Below, piece after piece: positions 55,088-58,919 of a stretch of DNA of 58,919 nt. The notes under the pieces are model-generated. The model was not told where the DNA came from. It saw only the letters and a list, made by a program, of their open reading frames with translations, and searched no databases. Origin of the DNA: a virus (taxonomy: Duplodnaviria; Caudoviricetes); the IMG/VR virus record IMGVR_UViG_3300022871_000577, positions 1 to 58,919 of that record; one strand, written 5' to 3'. Every line of letters begins with the position of its first letter. Positions within the stretch are counted from its first letter, which is position 1. Position numbers and translations under genes: made by a program.

Positions 55088-55987
55088 TTATTTTTTCTCC
55101 AGTTCTAAAGTAATCAAATCGTAATTAATATTCTTTTCTTTACAATACTTTTTAAGAAGCTTCTCTCTATCAAGATACTCAGGCACTTCTTGTTTCTCGC
55201 TCAATAATTGTAAGTCTTCCTTATAGTATTCTACATTATATTTCTTCTTGAGTTTTTGAATAAAAGAATATACTGCTGAAATAGAAACATCATCTGAAAT
55301 AACTTGAATCTTTAAATCAATATCTTTGTCTTTACTTTCTAATAAAGTTTTGATATTAGAACTCTTAATTTTATTATTAATTGCTTTTAAGTTTACTCTA
55401 TACATCGGTCTTGTTTCAATATCAATAAAGGAAAGCTTATCATTCTCTATGACAGCTATTCTTTTTACATCTTCTTCTTCTGATAAAGATACTTTATATA
55501 TTGAACCCACATAGTGAACATTATCAAAAGAACATCGTGGACTATGCACATGCCCTAGAACATATATTAAATCTTTATTCACTTCTTTTTTACTATCAGA
55601 TAAATAACCATTTATATATTTAGTTCCCTTAACCTCGTAATGACCAAACACATATTTACCTAATGTTAATTCGTCATGTTGATAGAAGTCTGGACATAAA
55701 GTCATCCAATCTTTTTCATGTATTGCATTATTTTCAAATGTATGTTTACCATTACCAATAATGAAATCAAATCTCTTAGTGTGTTTTCTTAGTTTCAATA
55801 TAAACTGAGCTAGTAATTCTCTCACACTTGCTGTTGGTTTAGTATGAAATAAATCTCCTAATAAAATAATTCTATCAAATTGTTGTCCTTTTATTTTGTT
55901 CAATATGCTATCTTCTGCAAAATGAATCGCCTCTACTCTACTATCTTGATAGTGTAAATCACCGATTATTAAGATTTTTTCTGACAT
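55088..55987 (-). CDS. SbcD/Mre11-like nuclease (gp47-like)
   Basis: GDLH, GDLF, GN..H, GHVH, YVGS; near SbcC-like gene. Confidence 0.85.
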   Translation of the reverse strand: MSEKILIIGDLHYQDSRVEAIHFAEDSILNKIKGQQFDRIILLGDLFHTKPTASVRELLAQFILKLRKHTKRFDFIIGNGKHTFENNAIHEKDWMTLCPDFYQHDELTLGKYVFGHYEVKGTKYINGYLSDSKKEVNKDLIYVLGHVHSPRCSFDNVHYVGSIYKVSLSEEEDVKRIAVIENDKLSFIDIETRPMYRVNLKAINNKIKSSNIKTLLESKDKDIDLKIQVISDDVSISAVYSFIQKLKKKYNVEYYKEDLQLLSEKQEVPEYLDREKLLKKYCKEKNINYDLITLELEKK

Positions 55988-56385
55988 CTTCTTCGCTTTC
56001 TTTTTATTAACCAATATTTAGATTCTAATATAATAAATACTAATATAGCACTTAGAATACCATAGAAGAAATAGCCTAAACCTATACAGAAACCTATTGG
56101 AACAGATATCCATATTAAAGATGCTGTTGTAATACCCTCGATACTATTTCCTTTTTGATGAATAACAGCAGAGCCTAGAAAACCAATGCCTGCTAAACTA
56201 TAAGAGAACATTCTAACAAAATCGAATTGCACACCTGTCTTTTGAAGCTCTAGAGTTAAAATAGCTAACATACAAGTTGACAATGTAATTAAGGCCATAG
56301 TTCTTGAACCACCAGACTTATCCTTAGCCTTGCGTTCTTTACCTAAAAAGTATCCTATTAAAATAGCTAAAATTAAACGAAACAT
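55969..56385 (-). CDS. MgtC/SapB family membrane protein
   Basis: RLILA...G.ER...GSRT...GIGFLGSAVI...GITTASLIW...IG...G. Confidence 0.9.
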   Translation of the reverse strand: MFRLILAILIGYFLGKERKAKDKSGGSRTMALITLSTCMLAILTLELQKTGVQFDFVRMFSYSLAGIGFLGSAVIHQKGNSIEGITTASLIWISVPIGFCIGLGYFFYGILSAILVFIILESKYWLIKRKRRRCQKKS

Positions 56386-56394
56386 CAGTTTCTC

Positions 56395-56526
56395 CTATCG
56401 CCAAAATATAAGTGCGTTCACTAATAAGCATAATATACCTATTGCCTTTGCTTTTAAATCTGCACCTGTAACACTTAAATAACCAAAGCTCAATAACATT
56501 ACGACATAAACAATATGATATTTCAC
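56395..56526 (-). CDS. small two-TM membrane protein (43 aa, not in ORF track)
   Basis: GTG start after AAGGAG; MKYHIVYVVMLLSFGYLSV...IGILCLLVNALIFWR*. Confidence 0.55.
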   Translation of the reverse strand: MKYHIVYVVMLLSFGYLSVTGADLKAKAIGILCLLVNALIFWR

Positions 56527-56831
56527 TACATGTCTCCTTTACGTTGAACATGACATACAACATAATACTGTGGCATATCTAAAATTAATATTGATTTTTC
56601 CTTATTCATTACTAAAGCATCTTTACATAATTTATCACACATATCTTCCGTTACTCTAATGGAATGTTTATCTGTACTTTTATTATCTAATACACAATCT
56701 TCTGTGCTGAAATCGCCTTTGAAAGATAATGCACCAGAAACAAGATGTTTAAAAACTGTATCCTCTTTTCTATTAGCTTTCTTTTTAATAGACTCGTCAC
56801 CTTTATTATACCAAGCAGGATACTTACTCAT
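56526..56831 (-). CDS. small PD-(D/E)xK protein (Hjc-like)
   Basis: E...SGALSFKGD...LDNKST..SIRV...DKL..DA. Confidence 0.6.
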   Translation of the reverse strand: MSKYPAWYNKGDESIKKKANRKEDTVFKHLVSGALSFKGDFSTEDCVLDNKSTDKHSIRVTEDMCDKLCKDALVMNKEKSILILDMPQYYVVCHVQRKGDM

Positions 56832-57241
56832 TTTGTTCCTCTATCTGTAAATAAAATCCCGTCCCAATGGTCGAGTTCATGTTGAACAATAACGGCAAGT
56901 ATATCACTAAATCTATATAATTTATTGTCGCCATTTCTAACTGTAATGTATTTATTTCTTCGTGTATTTTCCCATACATCTGGAATAGATAAACAACCCT
57001 CTTTAAAAATAATAGTTTCTCTTGAACGCTTTACAATACGAGCATTATATAGTTTACAATGTACTTTACAATACTTTACAATACATGCTCTTAAAGGAAT
57101 GTTTATTTGAATAGCACTTAATCCTACACCTGATGTACTGTCTAATTCATTGTTTAAACTCTGCCAGACAGCTTCTAAGACACTTTCGTCGCTTACTTCA
57201 CTACTTCTCTGTCTTAAAATATTTACGTCTGTAATAATCAT
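56828..57241 (-). CDS. def: peptide deformylase
   Basis: GVGLSAIQ, EGCLS, QHELDH..GILF. Confidence 0.95.
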   Translation of the reverse strand: MIITDVNILRQRSSEVSDESVLEAVWQSLNNELDSTSGVGLSAIQINIPLRACIVKYCKVHCKLYNARIVKRSRETIIFKEGCLSIPDVWENTRRNKYITVRNGDNKLYRFSDILAVIVQHELDHWDGILFTDRGTK

Positions 57242-57242
57242 T

Positions 57243-57671
57243 TTAAAGCTTCTTTTCTGTATGAGGTGGAAGTGCATTAGGATACTTAACAATGATTTGT
57301 TCTGCTAATTTATTCATATCTGCAACCCAGCCTGATTTAACTTTTGGTGGTCTATCATCTACCCAATTTTCCTCTATCATACTATCTCTTAACACCATTA
57401 ATCCAGCCATGGCTTTTGTTATATGACTTAGTCCTGAATCAGGGTCAATATCTTCGCCTTCCCACCAAGCTGTCATATGTCTAAAACTAGCATCATAATA
57501 AACACTCGCTCTGACTCCTGCAGTTCTCCAATTATGTCTGCCATATTTTCTTGCACCCTCTAGTAAAGCTAAACCTATCTCTGCAAGAACTCTCCACGCT
57601 AAAACTGAAAATGGTACTTTTTTTATTCCTACTGCATCTTTTGGATTTGTTGGTTTTACTTCATTAGACAT
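57243..57671 (-). CDS. dATP/dGTP diphosphohydrolase-domain protein (DUF5664-like)
   Basis: NPKD, GARKYGRHNWR, RH..AWWEGEDIDPDSGLSH. Confidence 0.85.
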   Translation of the reverse strand: MSNEVKPTNPKDAVGIKKVPFSVLAWRVLAEIGLALLEGARKYGRHNWRTAGVRASVYYDASFRHMTAWWEGEDIDPDSGLSHITKAMAGLMVLRDSMIEENWVDDRPPKVKSGWVADMNKLAEQIIVKYPNALPPHTEKKL

Positions 57672-57951
57672 CTTGCTCACCTTGTTTCTTTTTTCTTCTA
57701 CGTTTAATTTTAGATTTAGTTTCATAAATCTTATCCACCAGCTTCTTTAATTCTTTAGATTTTGCTGTCTTGTATGTGAAAATATCTTTAATCATTTTTA
57801 AACAAGAATCACACACCTCGAATGTATCCTTACTAGGTGTAACTCTACCATAAGAATAGTCTGCTTGAAGAATATCATCTTCAAATATAATGATAACATG
57901 CTTCTTCGCCTTTAATACTACATCACAGATGTCGCAATAAGTTACCTTCAT
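57664..57951 (-). CDS. hypothetical zinc-binding protein
   Basis: YCDIC...EVCDSC. Confidence 0.6.
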   Translation of the reverse strand: MKVTYCDICDVVLKAKKHVIIIFEDDILQADYSYGRVTPSKDTFEVCDSCLKMIKDIFTYKTAKSKELKKLVDKIYETKSKIKRRRKKKQGEQDV

Positions 57952-57953
57952 AT

Positions 57954-58565
57954 TTACTCCTTCCCAGAAATGTCTTTTAAATTATATTTTTTCTTTAGAA
58001 ACTCTATCAACTCATTATCAGAATTGAAGAAGCCTCCCTTTGTAGCAAATACTGCATGACAAAAACTACCTTTATAATCTGTTCTAGGCATAGTCTGTAA
58101 AACATAAATAGGAATATCATGCTCTAAAGCAATACCGCATTCCATAAATGTCCCACATGGCGAATCACCTTTTTCCATACGAGCAATTAAGAATTTGGAA
58201 TTTATAACATAATCAACATCTCCTAAAACTTTGATTAGTCTAGCTTGACCTGCTCCAGTTCTTTCTAGATGAGTCTTACCTTTCCATATGAGACCCGCAT
58301 ATTCTTCTACTAATTCATTATTGCCCGATGCTAACCAACCTTGAATCTTAGCGTGTAATGTTTCAGCTTCCATGCCCGTCTTATTCTGTTCTTCAAGAGT
58401 AGGGTCAAAAATGTAGATAGAGTTATCTTTAGCATCTCTTAATCTATTAATCTTTTTGGTAATTGAAGTTCTCCAACCTCGACCACCATCTTTCTTTTCT
58501 ACATCTTCCATGGGACCAATTAAATATGTTTTTAACCAGTCATTAATTATATTCTCATTTCTCAT
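57954..58565 (-). CDS. nucleoside 2-deoxyribosyltransferase-like protein
   Basis: YLIGPM...WR...FDP...D...S..LIA...GTFMECGIA...IPIY. Confidence 0.7.
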   Translation of the reverse strand: MRNENIINDWLKTYLIGPMEDVEKKDGGRGWRTSITKKINRLRDAKDNSIYIFDPTLEEQNKTGMEAETLHAKIQGWLASGNNELVEEYAGLIWKGKTHLERTGAGQARLIKVLGDVDYVINSKFLIARMEKGDSPCGTFMECGIALEHDIPIYVLQTMPRTDYKGSFCHAVFATKGGFFNSDNELIEFLKKKYNLKDISGKE

Positions 58566-58609
58566 AAATTTCTCCTTTCTCAATAGCATAAAATCTTATT
58601 TACTATTTA

Positions 58610-58771
58610 TTAATTTGTACATAAGCGTCTACAATAATCTATCTCACCATCGTAGTCCATGCAATTCATAAAACATGTGCTGTCTAATTGACCATAAGAT
58701 AGCGCGTAAACCTTTGGCATACATAATAGCAACAACATCAATGTAAGTATTAGATAATAGGATTTTCTCAT
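58610..58771 (-). CDS. small secreted twin-CX3C peptide (53 aa, not in ORF track)
   Basis: MRKSYYLILTLMLLLLCMPKVYA-LSYGQLDSTCFMNCMDYDGEIDYCRRLCTN*; TAATG coupling to upstream gene. Confidence 0.65.
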   Translation of the reverse strand: MRKSYYLILTLMLLLLCMPKVYALSYGQLDSTCFMNCMDYDGEIDYCRRLCTN

Positions 58772-58917
58772 TATTTTATTTTCTCCTGTTTCTTTAATTT
58801 TGAATCTCTATGTTGTTTTTTAGAGTTTTCACTTAACTCTATAAATCTACAATTAGAGTATTCATAATTTCCATCATTATCAACTCTGTCGATACTTGGC
58901 TGTTTCATTTCACACGC
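58771..58917 (-). CDS. partial HNH-like endonuclease (PSIDRID family), 3' end
   Basis: Frame open from window edge: ...MKQPSIDRVDNDGNYEYSNCRFIELSENSKK...*. Confidence 0.75.
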   Translation of the reverse strand, partial: ACEMKQPSIDRVDNDGNYEYSNCRFIELSENSKKQHRDSKLKKQEKIK

Positions 58918-58919
58918 TT

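Noticed and set aside
56339-56563. Track ORF of 74 aa
   Set aside because: Overlaps both neighbours; the alternative frame 56395..56526 has an RBS, fits the gap and encodes a plausible membrane protein.
57243-57671. Evidence for a 2-aminoadenine (Z) genome
   Set aside because: The diphosphohydrolase domain alone is widespread; no PurZ in the window, and restriction-site avoidance suggests largely accessible DNA.
1-58919. Stop-codon reassignment (alternative genetic code)
   Set aside because: Genes are full length and densely packed under code 11; the split genes change frame rather than read through an in-frame stop.
1-58919. tRNA, rRNA or structured ncRNA genes, integrase/att sites
   Set aside because: Intergenic gaps are short or filled by small ORFs, and no cloverleaf or recombinase motif was recognised by eye; tRNAscan/Infernal not run.

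Overview
A 58.9-kb segment of an AT-rich (roughly 30% GC by eye, not computed) tailed dsDNA bacteriophage. It is probably siphovirus-like (tail tube and tape measure, no sheath seen), uses the standard code and has a bacterial host (GGAGG ribosome-binding sites, TTGACA-N17-TATACT promoters, peptide deformylase). Bases 1-27.0 kb (+ strand) hold the virion genes: tail fibre, tail tube, HK97 prohead protease, major capsid, neck, tape measure and tail tip. A ~9-kb surface-glycan island sits right after the capsid gene (double GT9 heptosyltransferase-like protein, SDR, two cytidylyltransferases, LicD, sulfotransferase-like, nucleotide-sugar dehydrogenase, GT4). Bases 27.1-58.9 kb (- strand) hold accessory genes, an HldE-type heptose kinase, an intein-containing primase-helicase, portal, terminase, SbcCD, RuvC, DeoC, proteases and Def. 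Top finding: the terminase large subunit is broken in its Walker A motif into two ORFs carrying the halves of an apparently naturally split intein. A NUMOD3/PD-(D/E)xK endonuclease, paralogous to a free-standing one in the same genome, is fused to the N-half and supplies the stop codon that splits it. Other highlights: a possible virion heptosylation/glycosylation system, a cassette-like gene array with a repeated junction sequence, a 30 x 12-bp coding repeat, strong GATC/GCWGC/CCWGG avoidance, and many unannotated microproteins. All product calls come from motif recognition by eye; no database searches were run. A few apparent single-base frameshifts suggest possible indel errors in the assembly.
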